A stretch of 64,000 nt of DNA, from the NCBI GenBank assembly GCA_003222135.1, contig QHUM01000039.1:139115-203114 (forward strand). Reading direction: 5' to 3'. The notes below the pieces were generated by a model that did not search any database, was not told where the DNA came from, and saw only the letters and a list, made by a program, of their open reading frames with translations. A program made the translations under genes and the position numbers. The first letter of the stretch is position 1, and every line of letters begins with the position of its first letter. This DNA comes from Gemmatimonadota bacterium. Lineage in GTDB: Bacteria > Gemmatimonadota > Gemmatimonadetes > Gemmatimonadales > GWC2-71-9. This document shows positions 36,897-46,596 of the stretch, one piece after another.

Positions 36897-38540
36897 TCAG
36901 GGCATCAATCGGTTGGTTGGGCGCTGGAACTCGGAGCTCGGGAGCCAGCGCGGCAGCTCCGCTGCGTTCGCGACCGCCAGGGCCAGACGCAGCGTGACCC
37001 GTACTTCCTGCGCGAGCCCCGCGTAGCTGAACGTCGAGCGGTACTCGTCGCTCGGCTGGTGATAGCGCTCGCGGTTGTACAACTCGTCCTGCTCGTTTCC
37101 CCACCCGGCGGGCCGTCCCACAAAGTCTCTTCCCGGACGGATCGACAGCGCGGGCACGCCGGCTCGCGCGAAGGGGAAATGATCCGAGCGGTAGAACGCG
37201 CCGCGGACGTCCGGCTCGTGAACCACGGTGAGCGATTCGAGCTTCGCTGCGCCCTGGAACATCGCCCCGAGGGTGGACCGGTCTGTCCCGAGCGCATCGA
37301 TGTCGCGGGTGGCACCGCGCACGTTGGCCACATCGACGTTGAGCACGGCGGCGGTGCGCTCGAGCGGCACCAGCGGGCTCTCGACGTACGCCTCGCTCCC
37401 GAGCAAGCCGCTCTCCTCGGCCGTCGTCGCGACGAACAGCAGAGTGCGCCGCGGGCGCGGGGCCACCTGGACGAGCGCCTGCGCCGCCGCCAGCACGGCG
37501 GCCACGCCGGACGCGTTGTCCTCCGCGCCATTGTAGATCGAGTCGCCGCGGATCGCGGGGCCGATCCCCTTGTGGTCCCAGTGCGCGGTGAACAGCACGA
37601 CTTGCTTCGCGACTGTCGGGTCGCTCCCCGGGAGCTTCGCGACAACGTTCTCGGACCTGACCCGGCGAACGGCGCTGACGATGTCCACGGCGACGTGCAG
37701 CCGCGTAGCGACCGGCCGGAAATCGCGCCGCCCGGCGGCGCGCGTGAGAGAATCGAGATTGAAGCCGGCGCGCGCGAGTGCCGCCTGCGCGGCGGCGGCG
37801 GTGACCCACCCCGCGAACGCGAGGCTTTGTGCCGCCGGGCGGTCGAGCTTGAACTGCTCCACCGACCACGACCCCCGTACCACCTCCCACGGGTACGTCG
37901 CGCTCTCGGTGGTGTGGATCAGGAGCGCACCCAACGCGCCACGTCGCGCCGCCTCCTCGAGCTTGTACGTCCAGCGGCCGTAGTAGGTGAGTACGCGGCC
38001 GTTGAACACGGTGGAGTCCTGGAGCCCCGGGTCGTTCACCAGCATCAGCAGCACCTTGCCGCGCACGTCGCCGTCTTTGTAGTCGTCCCACCGCCATTCG
38101 GGCGCCCGGACGCCGTAACCCACGAATACGACCTCACCGTCGGCGGTGATCTGGGGCTCCGGTCGCTCCGCCCACGCCACGAAGTCGTCGAGTTGTTTGA
38201 GGCACTGCGGTGCGCCGCTCGGGCCCCACACCAGAGATGGATGGGCGGTCAGGCCGACGAGGGCGACCGGCTGGAAGTAGGAGCTGTCGGGCCCCGCCGG
38301 CTCGAGTCCGAGCGCCTCGAACTGCGCGGCGATGTATCGGGCGGCGAGGCGGCCGCCCCGCGTGCCGGGGGCGCGTCCCTCGAGCAGGTCATCCGCCAGG
38401 TAACGGATGTGCGCGTCCAGCGCCGCGCTGCTCACCGGTGGCAGGGACGATGGCGCGGCCGCGGGTCGCTGCCCCCGGAGTGAGGCCACCGCCGTGACGA
38501 GCAGTATCGTGACAGCAAGCCGACATCGCATGGACAGCAT
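36897..38540 (-). CDS. M28-family aminopeptidase with PA domain (secreted)
   Basis: The start is ATG 38540 (MLSMRCRLAVTILLVTAVASL, a signal peptide). The frame contains the LEGRAPGTRG motif and the AEDNASGVAAVL metal-ligand region. Confidence 0.9.
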   Translation of the reverse strand: MLSMRCRLAVTILLVTAVASLRGQRPAAAPSSLPPVSSAALDAHIRYLADDLLEGRAPGTRGGRLAARYIAAQFEALGLEPAGPDSSYFQPVALVGLTAHPSLVWGPSGAPQCLKQLDDFVAWAERPEPQITADGEVVFVGYGVRAPEWRWDDYKDGDVRGKVLLMLVNDPGLQDSTVFNGRVLTYYGRWTYKLEEAARRGALGALLIHTTESATYPWEVVRGSWSVEQFKLDRPAAQSLAFAGWVTAAAAQAALARAGFNLDSLTRAAGRRDFRPVATRLHVAVDIVSAVRRVRSENVVAKLPGSDPTVAKQVVLFTAHWDHKGIGPAIRGDSIYNGAEDNASGVAAVLAAAQALVQVAPRPRRTLLFVATTAEESGLLGSEAYVESPLVPLERTAAVLNVDVANVRGATRDIDALGTDRSTLGAMFQGAAKLESLTVVHEPDVRGAFYRSDHFPFARAGVPALSIRPGRDFVGRPAGWGNEQDELYNRERYHQPSDEYRSTFSYAGLAQEVRVTLRLALAVANAAELPRWLPSSEFQRPTNRLMP

Positions 38541-38597
38541 CGTGGTCTCTCCTGGTTCGCCTTGCTCGGTCCCGAGCAAGCGGTGCAATTTTCGCTC

Positions 38598-40634
38598 ATG
38601 CTGCAAGCGTTGCAGTCCCGCCGGGTCGAGCGACTTCCCGATCTCGTCCGGCTCGAGGGACGCATCCTGTTTCTGACCGAAGACCCCGCGCTCGTTCGCG
38701 CCCAGCTCGCCGGGCAGGACCTGGACTGGACCCCCGCCAGCAAGCTACGCGACAACATCTCGACCGACGAGATCACCCCCGCCTATATCTGTTACTACTA
38801 CGACGAAACCCTCGGCGACTTCCCGTACCTCGGCTTGAAGTGCGGCGAGGAGTTCCCGATCGCGCGGGGATCGGTGAAGCGCGGCGGCTTCGTCGCCTCG
38901 GTCAGCGGCCAGCGGCGTGGCAAGGGCTCGTCGCGAGAGCAGTCGCCGTACGCGGAGATGTGCGCCGGCATCAGGCTGGTGGTGGCGGAGAACATCGAGC
39001 GGATCTACCGGGAGAACTGCCAGAACCTGGGCGTGCTCACCACGACCGACTTCTCGATCATCGACCGGGTCCGCCGCGGCGAGGCGATCCCGCTCGCCGC
39101 CTTCACCGAGGGTGAGGGCGAGATCACGCGTGGCATCATCGAGTACGGGGGGCTGTTCAACTTCAACGTCGCCCGGCTCCAGGGCAACGTCGTGCTCGCG
39201 CCACCCCGGACAGCCCGCCGGCCCATGACGCTCGGCGAAAAGATCATCGCGCGCCACTGGGTGGTCGACCCGTCGCGGGGCGAGGTCGGTGTGCCGGCCG
39301 TCAAGCCGGGAGATGAAGGGTTCGTCGTCACCGACATCCGGTTCAGTCACGAATACGTGACCCCGATGGCGGCGATCTTCTTCGAGCAGCTCGTGGGCGC
39401 CGAGGAGCAGGTGGTCGATCCCGGCTCGATCCTCATGTTTCGCGATCACCTCACGTTCCTTCCCGAAGCGATGACCCCCGAGCGCGTCAAGGAGGGGCTG
39501 CTCGATGTGGCGCTCGAGCTCGAGAAGAAGCAGCGCGCCTTCGCCCAGAAGCAGGGAATCAAGCTGTACGGCGAGCTGCGGCTCGGCCACCACGGAGGCG
39601 GACGGGGCTCGGAGGCGATCTGCCACTCCAAGATCCTCGAGGGACATGCCGAGCCCGGCATGGTGATCATCGGCTCGGACTCGCACACTCCCCATGCCGG
39701 TGCGGTCGGCTGTGTCGCATTCGGCGTGGGCACCACCGCGATCTTCAATTCCTGGATCACGAAGGACGTGCGGCTCACGGTCCCCGAAACCGTGAAGGTC
39801 GTGGTGCGCGGCAAGAAGCCGGACAACGTGACGGCCAAGGATTTCATGCTCGAGGTGCTGCGGCAGCCGTACGTCAAGAGCGGCCGCGCCATCGGCAAGC
39901 TGGTGGAGTACTGTGGGGATGCTGTCGAATCGCTGTCAGTAGACGAGCGCGCCACGATGACCAACATGACGGCGGAGGTCGGCGGCTTTACCGGCTACGT
40001 GGCTCCGGACGCGAAGACAGTCGACTTTCTCATGGAATACCGCGGCATGGCGCGGGGCGAGGCCGAGCGGTTGTGTGCCGGGCTGGCGAGCGACGCCGGC
40101 GCCGAGTACTGCGAGGTCATCGAGATCGACGCCACGGCCATCCGGCCGATGATGGCGCTTCCCGGCGATCCCGGGAATGGTCAACCCATCGACGCCGCGG
40201 CGCGGCAGATCCGGGTGGACATCGCCTACGCCGGCTCGTGCACGGCGGGCAAGAAGGAAGACATGGACATGTACGCCCGGGTGCTGGCGGAGGCGGCGGA
40301 GCGAGGGGCGCGTGTCGCGCCGTGGGTGCGGTTCTACATCCAGTGCGGATCGCAGGACGTGAAGCGCTACTGCGAGGAGCGGGGCTACCTCGAGTTGTTC
40401 CAGAAGGTCGGTGCGACGTTCCTCGAGCCGTCGTGCGGTGCTTGTATCAACGCGGGGCCCGGCGTGTCGAAAACGCGGGACGAAGTGACGATCAGCGCGA
40501 TCAACCGCAACTTCCCGGGCCGCTCGGGTCCGGGGCAACTCTACCTCGCCAACCCGTACAGCGTCGCGGCGTCTGCCATCACCGGTTACATCACCGAGTG
40601 GCAGCCGGGGATGGCGCTGGCTCCTGTCGAATGA
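38598..40634 (+). CDS. Aconitase-family (LeuD-LeuC-like) dehydratase with the swivel domain at the N-terminus
   Basis: The N-terminal part reads DNISTDEITPA, GKGSSREQSPYA and ENIERIYRENCQNLGV (small-subunit motifs). The C-terminal part reads GSDSHTPHAG, GSCTAGK and EPSCGACIN (Fe-S ligand motifs of the large subunit). I prefer ATG 38598. TTG 38562 is possible. Confidence 0.85.
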   Translation: MLQALQSRRVERLPDLVRLEGRILFLTEDPALVRAQLAGQDLDWTPASKLRDNISTDEITPAYICYYYDETLGDFPYLGLKCGEEFPIARGSVKRGGFVASVSGQRRGKGSSREQSPYAEMCAGIRLVVAENIERIYRENCQNLGVLTTTDFSIIDRVRRGEAIPLAAFTEGEGEITRGIIEYGGLFNFNVARLQGNVVLAPPRTARRPMTLGEKIIARHWVVDPSRGEVGVPAVKPGDEGFVVTDIRFSHEYVTPMAAIFFEQLVGAEEQVVDPGSILMFRDHLTFLPEAMTPERVKEGLLDVALELEKKQRAFAQKQGIKLYGELRLGHHGGGRGSEAICHSKILEGHAEPGMVIIGSDSHTPHAGAVGCVAFGVGTTAIFNSWITKDVRLTVPETVKVVVRGKKPDNVTAKDFMLEVLRQPYVKSGRAIGKLVEYCGDAVESLSVDERATMTNMTAEVGGFTGYVAPDAKTVDFLMEYRGMARGEAERLCAGLASDAGAEYCEVIEIDATAIRPMMALPGDPGNGQPIDAAARQIRVDIAYAGSCTAGKKEDMDMYARVLAEAAERGARVAPWVRFYIQCGSQDVKRYCEERGYLELFQKVGATFLEPSCGACINAGPGVSKTRDEVTISAINRNFPGRSGPGQLYLANPYSVAASAITGYITEWQPGMALAPVE

Positions 40635-40656
40635 TTCCCCGGCCTGACGGCTGGGG

Positions 40657-41916
40657 CTAACGGCCGCCGGTGGTGCTGGAGAGTTCCCGGCCGGCGGACC
40701 GCGCGGCGCTGTGCTTGGGGCGCAGGGACTCGCGCTGGTACACGCTGCGCGGGTTCCACAGCACCCACGACGTGATGCCCAGGTCTTCGGCCGCGCGGAT
40801 CTGATCGCGAATTTGTGACGGCGAGTAGCGAGGGAGCCGGCGGCCGAGCGTGAACGCCTGTAAGAACGGCCGGATCTCCGCGGCGGCAGGATGCAGCCGC
40901 GACCGCTGCAGGGCGTCGGTCAAGGCGTAGCGCACCACGCGATACGGCTCGCCGTTGGGCCACGCGAGGCCGAACGCCCCGCGGTAGTAGTGGCTGGGAT
41001 AGACCATCGGCAGCACCACGTCCGCAACGTTGATGAAATCCTCCCACACCTGCCCGATGCCCAAGTCGCCGCTCGTCGCCGAGGCGGTGAGGCCGAAGAT
41101 GTCAAACGTGACCGGCACGCCGAGCGGCCTCAGCCGGTTGCGGAGCAGCGTGATGTGCTCGCGCACCGCCTCGCGCTGCGTTTCTCCATGGTGGGCCGGG
41201 AAGATCGCGGTCGCCATACGCTCGCGCGGCTCGTCCGGGAAGCGCACGTAGTCGAACTGCACTTCGCTGAACCCCAACCGCACGGCTTCCGCGGCCAGCT
41301 GCGCCGAATAGATCCACACCGAATCGTTGTACGCGTCCACCCAGGCGCTGTGGATCCGGTCGCGCCACAGCCCGCCCGTGGTGCGATCCTTCACGGACCA
41401 GCCGGGCTTCCGCTCTGCGAGCAACGGGTCCTTCGCGACCACGATGCGGGCGATCGCGTAGATGCCGTGCGCCGCCAGCGTGTCGAGCCGTGCCTTCGCG
41501 TCCTTCGCCCGGGTGCACCCGTTCGCGCCGATCTGCTGGGCGGTGGGGACCGCCGATGGGTACAGCAGGCAGCCGGTGTCGTCCTTCACGTCTACGACGA
41601 ACGCATTGATCTCGGTCTCGTCGGCGAGCCGTACCAGCTGCCACAGCTTCGGCGAGCCAAACGCCCAGGCATTCACGTACAACCCTTTGATCGCCGACGT
41701 TTGCGGTACGAGCAGCGTCTCCTGCTGTACGTAGCGCAGCTCGATCGGTCGCAGCGTCACGTGGGCTTGATCGGCGGGTGCCGGCGACAGCACGCCCGAC
41801 ACGTCGGGCGGTGCGGGGGCGGCGGGTGCCGGCGGCATGCTATCCTGTGCAAAAAGGCCGCGACTCATGAAGAGCGCGGCCAGCAAGAGGGCACCTGCCT
41901 GCCGGACCACAGCCAT
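40657..41916 (-). CDS. Putative glycoside hydrolase (DUF4015 family), secreted
   Basis: A signal peptide is present. KGLYVNAWAFGSPKLWQLVRLADETEINAFVVDVKDDTG and FSEVQFDYVRFP match my recollection of DUF4015. Confidence 0.75.
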   Translation of the reverse strand: MAVVRQAGALLLAALFMSRGLFAQDSMPPAPAAPAPPDVSGVLSPAPADQAHVTLRPIELRYVQQETLLVPQTSAIKGLYVNAWAFGSPKLWQLVRLADETEINAFVVDVKDDTGCLLYPSAVPTAQQIGANGCTRAKDAKARLDTLAAHGIYAIARIVVAKDPLLAERKPGWSVKDRTTGGLWRDRIHSAWVDAYNDSVWIYSAQLAAEAVRLGFSEVQFDYVRFPDEPRERMATAIFPAHHGETQREAVREHITLLRNRLRPLGVPVTFDIFGLTASATSGDLGIGQVWEDFINVADVVLPMVYPSHYYRGAFGLAWPNGEPYRVVRYALTDALQRSRLHPAAAEIRPFLQAFTLGRRLPRYSPSQIRDQIRAAEDLGITSWVLWNPRSVYQRESLRPKHSAARSAGRELSSTTGGR

Positions 41917-41970
41917 AGGGGGCTACACGATAGGAATGCCGGGTCAGCTAGACAAGAGACGGGGATCACG

Positions 41971-44346
41971 CTACGGCGCTGCGACCTGTAAGCTGTTGAA
42001 CAGCAATGGGTAAGTGGCGATGCTCTGGCCGCGGTACTGAGGCCGGAACCCGAACAGGACGACCCGCCCGGACCCCTGCTTCACTTCCACCAGGGCGGCC
42101 TTCCCCGCGATGCGCTCGGGGTGCAACACCCAGCCGGAGAGCAGCACCTTGTCGGCATCGGTCGGGTAGCGGCCGATCACCCGCACGGCGCTCGAATCGA
42201 GCACGTCGAACGCGGGACCACCTTCGTACCAGGCGATGCTCTGAGCCGGCATCCCGCGCGCCTCCGGCGCGGCCGTGTCGAGCTCGAGACGGAAGATCGA
42301 TCCCGGCGCGTAGAACTCGTCGTCGGCCACGCCCGCGAGCACGTTGCGCACGGGGAGCAGCAGCTGCTCGGCTGCGAACCGACTGGCGTCGTTGAGCGCG
42401 ATCAGTGTCCCGCCGTCCTGCACGAACTGACGCAGCCCCTTCACGCCGTCCAGGCCGAGACCACCGGCGTACGGCGCGGGATACTCGTGCGGCAGGCCGT
42501 TGAGCAGCTCGTCGGGCGCTTGATCGGGCAGCACGATCACACTGAATTGCGCCGCGAGCTTGCCGGCGCGCACCACGGAGTCCACGATCGAGACGTACGG
42601 CACGTGCCACGTGTCGAATACCCAGCGCGTCCATCCCTCGTCCATCGAGGGGTCGTAGGAGCGGTACAGCCCGATGCGTGCCCCCTCCCGGCCGGCGACG
42701 CCGCTCGAGGCCGGGGCGGCGGCGGGCGGCTCGACCGGCGCGGAGAGGCCGAACCGTAGCGAGTCGCGCGCCGGCACTGCCGTCACGCCCATGAGGAGCG
42801 GCAGCGTGTGGGCCGTCACGTCGTACGGCGGCAGCGGGGGCCCGCTGGGGTAGAGCCGCAGGTCGGGATAGTGCTGTGGCTCGAGCAAGGTCTTGGCGAA
42901 CGCTGCGTACGGCTGCCGCAGCACCACGACGTAGCTGCCGGCGGGGTAGCGCTGCCCGCCGAGCGTGATGGGATGGAGGGCGGTGCGGATCTCCACCTGC
43001 CCGCGATGCAGGATGCCGAGGAGCGTCGCGAGCCCCACCGTGTCCCGCTGCTGGCGGGGAATCACGTACGCGTACGGCCAGCCGCGCCACCCGCGTACCC
43101 CGCGCCCTTCCACGGTGAGGAAGTTGGCGAGCCAGACGTCGCGGTACCGCGCCGCGTTCTCGAGCAGGGCGTAGGCGGCGTCGGTCTGGTAGCTCACGAT
43201 GTCACGCAGCGTCCAGCGGCCGCCGGGCCACGGGTTCGTGAAGTTCCAGGAGCGCTCGCGCGGGTTGAAGCCGCGCGCCCGGGCCGCGAGGTGGTCGAAC
43301 GGAATGTCGATTGGCGAGGCCAGGTTGGCGCTCGCCGCCTCGGACAGGATGCGCACGCCCCCGTGGTAGTGCTGGTAGGCGCGAGCGGGCGTCCAGGCGT
43401 CGTAGATCGCGTTGATCGAGACTCCTGTTTTCCCCTCGCCCGCGAGCTCCCACGCCATGCCGGCCCCCAGGGCGTTCACCCCGTCCACAAGCAGCGGATC
43501 CACGTTCGGCTCGACCGGGTCGAGATAAGGGGGCAGGAAGAGTCGCGAGCCGTCGGTGTCCTGCTGATGAATGTCGTGCACGATCTCGGGATGCCATACG
43601 TTGTGCAGCGAGTCGACCACCAGCTGTGTCTCGACCTGGGTGAAGGCGTACCAGTCGCGGTTGTTGTCGTGTCCCGCGTAGTGATGGTACAGCTCGGGCG
43701 GGTCGGTGCCCTCGGCGGGCGTGCCGAGCGTGCGGTTGTACCAGTGCGTGACGATCGACACGCCGTCGGGGTTGAGCGACGGAACGAGCAGCAGAATCAC
43801 GTTGTCGAGGATCCGGCGGGTGGCGGTCGCGGTGTCGCTCGCGAGGCGATACGCGAGGAGCGCGGGCGTCAGATGCCCGCCGACCTCGTTGGAGTGGATG
43901 CCCGAGGTGATGAGCACGATGGCGCGGCCGTCGCGCAGCGCCTCCTGCTGCTCGCGGGCGGTGTGGATGGTGCGTGGGTCGGCGAGCCGGGCGTTGAGCT
44001 GACGGTAGCGGTCGAGGCTCTTCAAGTTGGCCGGACTTGAGATCACGAGCGCAACGAGCGGCGCGCCCAGCGTGGTCTTCCCGAGCTCGCGGTAGCGCAC
44101 GCGGTCGCTCGTCTGCGCCAGCGCCTGGTAATAGCGCAGCAACACCGGCCAGTCGGCGAGTTTCCGGTCGTCGCCGGGGTCAAAGCCAAGGATCGCCTTG
44201 GGCGTCGGGACGCGGGTCACGACGGGGGCCGGTGGCCGGCGCGGCACCGCAGCCTGCCTGGGACGGTGGCGCTGCTGGGCGGCGAGCGCCGGGGCGAGGG
44301 CGACGAGCCCCGCCGCGAGCAGGGCGACGCGCGCGCGGGGCGCCAC
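41971..44346 (-). CDS. M14-family zinc carboxypeptidase-like protein (secreted)
   Basis: GTG 44346 gives the signal peptide VAPRARVALLAAGLVALAPALAAQQ. It lies just downstream of the S9 stop. The zinc motif is ITSGIHSNEVGG (HxxE). The upstream part of the track ORF overlaps the S9 gene. Confidence 0.85.
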   Translation of the reverse strand: MAPRARVALLAAGLVALAPALAAQQRHRPRQAAVPRRPPAPVVTRVPTPKAILGFDPGDDRKLADWPVLLRYYQALAQTSDRVRYRELGKTTLGAPLVALVISSPANLKSLDRYRQLNARLADPRTIHTAREQQEALRDGRAIVLITSGIHSNEVGGHLTPALLAYRLASDTATATRRILDNVILLLVPSLNPDGVSIVTHWYNRTLGTPAEGTDPPELYHHYAGHDNNRDWYAFTQVETQLVVDSLHNVWHPEIVHDIHQQDTDGSRLFLPPYLDPVEPNVDPLLVDGVNALGAGMAWELAGEGKTGVSINAIYDAWTPARAYQHYHGGVRILSEAASANLASPIDIPFDHLAARARGFNPRERSWNFTNPWPGGRWTLRDIVSYQTDAAYALLENAARYRDVWLANFLTVEGRGVRGWRGWPYAYVIPRQQRDTVGLATLLGILHRGQVEIRTALHPITLGGQRYPAGSYVVVLRQPYAAFAKTLLEPQHYPDLRLYPSGPPLPPYDVTAHTLPLLMGVTAVPARDSLRFGLSAPVEPPAAAPASSGVAGREGARIGLYRSYDPSMDEGWTRWVFDTWHVPYVSIVDSVVRAGKLAAQFSVIVLPDQAPDELLNGLPHEYPAPYAGGLGLDGVKGLRQFVQDGGTLIALNDASRFAAEQLLLPVRNVLAGVADDEFYAPGSIFRLELDTAAPEARGMPAQSIAWYEGGPAFDVLDSSAVRVIGRYPTDADKVLLSGWVLHPERIAGKAALVEVKQGSGRVVLFGFRPQYRGQSIATYPLLFNSLQVAAP

Positions 44347-44351
44347 GCGGG

Positions 44352-46487
44352 TCAGCGCAACGTGCCGGCGGCGGGCGGCGTCTCGCTGCCGCCGAGCCAG
44401 TGCGCGAACCAGCTGCGGATCCGCTCCAGCCGGTCGACCAACAGCCACGGCGGGCCCGTGCGCGACAAGCCGTGGTAGGAGCGCGGGTAGCGCACGAACT
44501 CCGCGGGTATTCCTCGCTTGCGCAGCATGACGAACAGCTGCTCGCCGTCCGTGATCGGCGTGCGCCGGTCGTCTTCGGAGTGAACGATGAGCAGCGGGGT
44601 GCGGATGCGCGTCGCGTACGTCATCGGCGAGAGCACCCGGTACAGCGAGTCCGCGTCCCACGGCGCACCGGAGAACTCGTAGTCCGTAAGGCCCTGCGCG
44701 TCCGACGAGCCGTACCACGAGTACCAGTCGTAGATCGAACGATCGGACTCCGCGGCCGCGAACCGGTGCGTGTGCCCGACCACCCAGTTGGTCATGAAGC
44801 CGCCATAGGATCCCCCGGCGACTCCCAGGCGCGTCGTATCCACGCCGCCCCGGGCAATCGCGACGTCCACCGCTTTCATCAGGTCCTGGTAATCCTCCAT
44901 CCCCCAGCGCCCGCGCGTCGCGAACGTGAAGTCATGCCCGTACCCGGTCGAACCGCGCGGATTGACGAGCAGCACCCAGTACCCCTGTCCCGCGAGCAGC
45001 TGCATCTCGGGGAAGAAGACGTTGCCATAGTTCCAGTGCGGGCCGCCGTGGATGTACAGGATCAAGGGGTAGGTCTTCCCAGGGCGGTAGCCGTAGGGGC
45101 GCATGAGAAACGCCTCGATGCGCAAGCCCCCCACGCTCGTGAACCACACCGTATCTGCCGGGATCGCCACGAGCTGCGCGAGCAGCGAGTCGTTGAAGGA
45201 CGTGAGCCGCTTGTCGGGCCCGGTCCCGGCGCGCCCGACCGGGGCGACGAACAGTTCCGCCGGGTGCGTGGCGTCGCTCGCCGGGTAGGCGAGCCACTTG
45301 CCGTCGCGCGTGATCGCCGGACCGCTGAGCTGCCGCTCGCCCGTTGTGATCTGGCGGACGGCGCCTCCAGCCGCCGGCACTGCGAACACGTGAATGTTGC
45401 CGCGCGTCTCGGCGCTCACGTACACGGTCTTCGAGTCCGGGGACCAGACCGGGCCCGACGGATCCAAATCCCATGCGCTCGTGAGATTGCGCACGGGCCC
45501 CCCCCCGGCCGTAGCCGGAATCACGCACACATCGTTCTCTTCGCCGCGACCCTTGGAGCAGACGAAGGCGATGGCGGTGCCGTCGGGCGACCAGGCAGGC
45601 GCGAAGTTCTCGAAGTAGGGCGTAACGAGCCGGCGCACCGCGCCGTCCGCCACGTTAAGCACGTACAACTGTGGTCGGACCTGGTTTCTCACCTCGCTCG
45701 TGTCGGTCGAGTCCTGTACGAACACGATCGCCCGACTGTCGGGAGACCAGTCCGGCGCTCGCTGGCTCAAGTCGCCGCCGGTGAGCTGCTTCGGCTCGCC
45801 GCCGCCCGACGGCACGAGGTACAGATGGCTGGCGCGACGGGTCTCGCGCGGCGGCACGAGCCCGCGCTCATCCTCCACGAACGGCAGCGACGTGTACACG
45901 CGGCCGTCGAACCGCTTGGGGTCCGGCCCGCGGGTGATCGCGCTCGGCGAAACCCGGGTCCGCCACGGATCCTTTTTCATGCTGTCGGGCTCTGGGCCGC
46001 GCCAAGCGTACAGCAGCCACTTGCCGTCGCCCGAAAACACCGGGAGGGCGTGAACCCCCGGCACCTGGAACGCCTCGCCGCCGGGCGTCGTGGTCCGCAG
46101 AAACCACACGTCGTCGTCGAAACCCTCGCGCTTGCTCGTGAAGGCGAGCAGCGAGCCGTCCGGCGACCAGACCGGATTCGACGCTTCCGTTGCCGGGCTC
46201 GTGTAGCGGAACGCCGGCGCCGAGCCGTCCGCGGGCGCCATCCAGATCTCGGAATGCCGCCGGTCCTTGTCTTCCACGACCGTCGTCACGACGAAGGCGA
46301 TGCGCCGTCCGTCGGGCGCGGGCCGCGGCCCGTCGACGCTCGTGAGCTTGTAGTAATCCGTGGCCTGGAAGGGTCGGGGAGAAGCTTGAGCGGTCCCTAA
46401 AGGACTCGCTTGCGCTCGCAGACGGTCGGGCGGTCTGGCGGTCAGAAGGCCGGTCGCGACGAGAAACGGCAGCCAGCGGGCGTTCAT
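44352..46487 (-). CDS. S9-family serine peptidase (prolyl oligopeptidase / DPP-like) with an N-terminal beta-propeller
   Basis: A signal peptide is followed by WD-like propeller repeats (PVWSPDG, PAWSPDG, PDWSPDS). The catalytic elbow is VAGGSYGGFM, followed by the HSEDD and YHG triad context. Confidence 0.9.
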   Translation of the reverse strand: MNARWLPFLVATGLLTARPPDRLRAQASPLGTAQASPRPFQATDYYKLTSVDGPRPAPDGRRIAFVVTTVVEDKDRRHSEIWMAPADGSAPAFRYTSPATEASNPVWSPDGSLLAFTSKREGFDDDVWFLRTTTPGGEAFQVPGVHALPVFSGDGKWLLYAWRGPEPDSMKKDPWRTRVSPSAITRGPDPKRFDGRVYTSLPFVEDERGLVPPRETRRASHLYLVPSGGGEPKQLTGGDLSQRAPDWSPDSRAIVFVQDSTDTSEVRNQVRPQLYVLNVADGAVRRLVTPYFENFAPAWSPDGTAIAFVCSKGRGEENDVCVIPATAGGGPVRNLTSAWDLDPSGPVWSPDSKTVYVSAETRGNIHVFAVPAAGGAVRQITTGERQLSGPAITRDGKWLAYPASDATHPAELFVAPVGRAGTGPDKRLTSFNDSLLAQLVAIPADTVWFTSVGGLRIEAFLMRPYGYRPGKTYPLILYIHGGPHWNYGNVFFPEMQLLAGQGYWVLLVNPRGSTGYGHDFTFATRGRWGMEDYQDLMKAVDVAIARGGVDTTRLGVAGGSYGGFMTNWVVGHTHRFAAAESDRSIYDWYSWYGSSDAQGLTDYEFSGAPWDADSLYRVLSPMTYATRIRTPLLIVHSEDDRRTPITDGEQLFVMLRKRGIPAEFVRYPRSYHGLSRTGPPWLLVDRLERIRSWFAHWLGGSETPPAAGTLR
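46395..46419. repeat. Left arm of a 25-nt inverted repeat (inside S9 codons 23-31)
   Basis: CCCTAAAGGACTCGCTTGCGCTCGC. The reverse complement recurs at 46572-46596 with one mismatch. Flanking similarity extends the arms to about 41 nt. Confidence 0.9.
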
Positions 46488-46546
46488 GTGGTGCTCAGGC
46501 GGTTGCGGGACGGAGAAAACTACGCGCTGGGACCCAGTGACGCGAC

Positions 46547-46571
46547 GGGCGGTCAGCGTTGCCGACCGCCC
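46547..46571 (-). terminator. Terminator-like hairpin after the OmpA-family gene
   Basis: GGGCGGTC (46547-54) pairs with GACCGCCC (46564-71) with a 9-nt loop, about 50 nt downstream of the stop at 46623. No U-tract. It abuts the right repeat arm. Confidence 0.35.
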
Positions 46572-46596
46572 GCGAGCGCACGCGAGTCCTTTAGGG
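46572..46596. repeat. Right arm of the 25-nt inverted repeat (upstream intergenic region of the S9 gene)
   Basis: GCGAGCGCACGCGAGTCCTTTAGGG is the reverse complement of 46395-46419, with 24/25 identity. Confidence 0.9.

Noticed and set aside
46395-46401. CCCTAAA / TTTAGGG, which is identical to the plant-type telomere unit.
   Set aside because: Only single units occur, embedded in a longer bacterial repeat. There is no tandem array, so this is coincidental.
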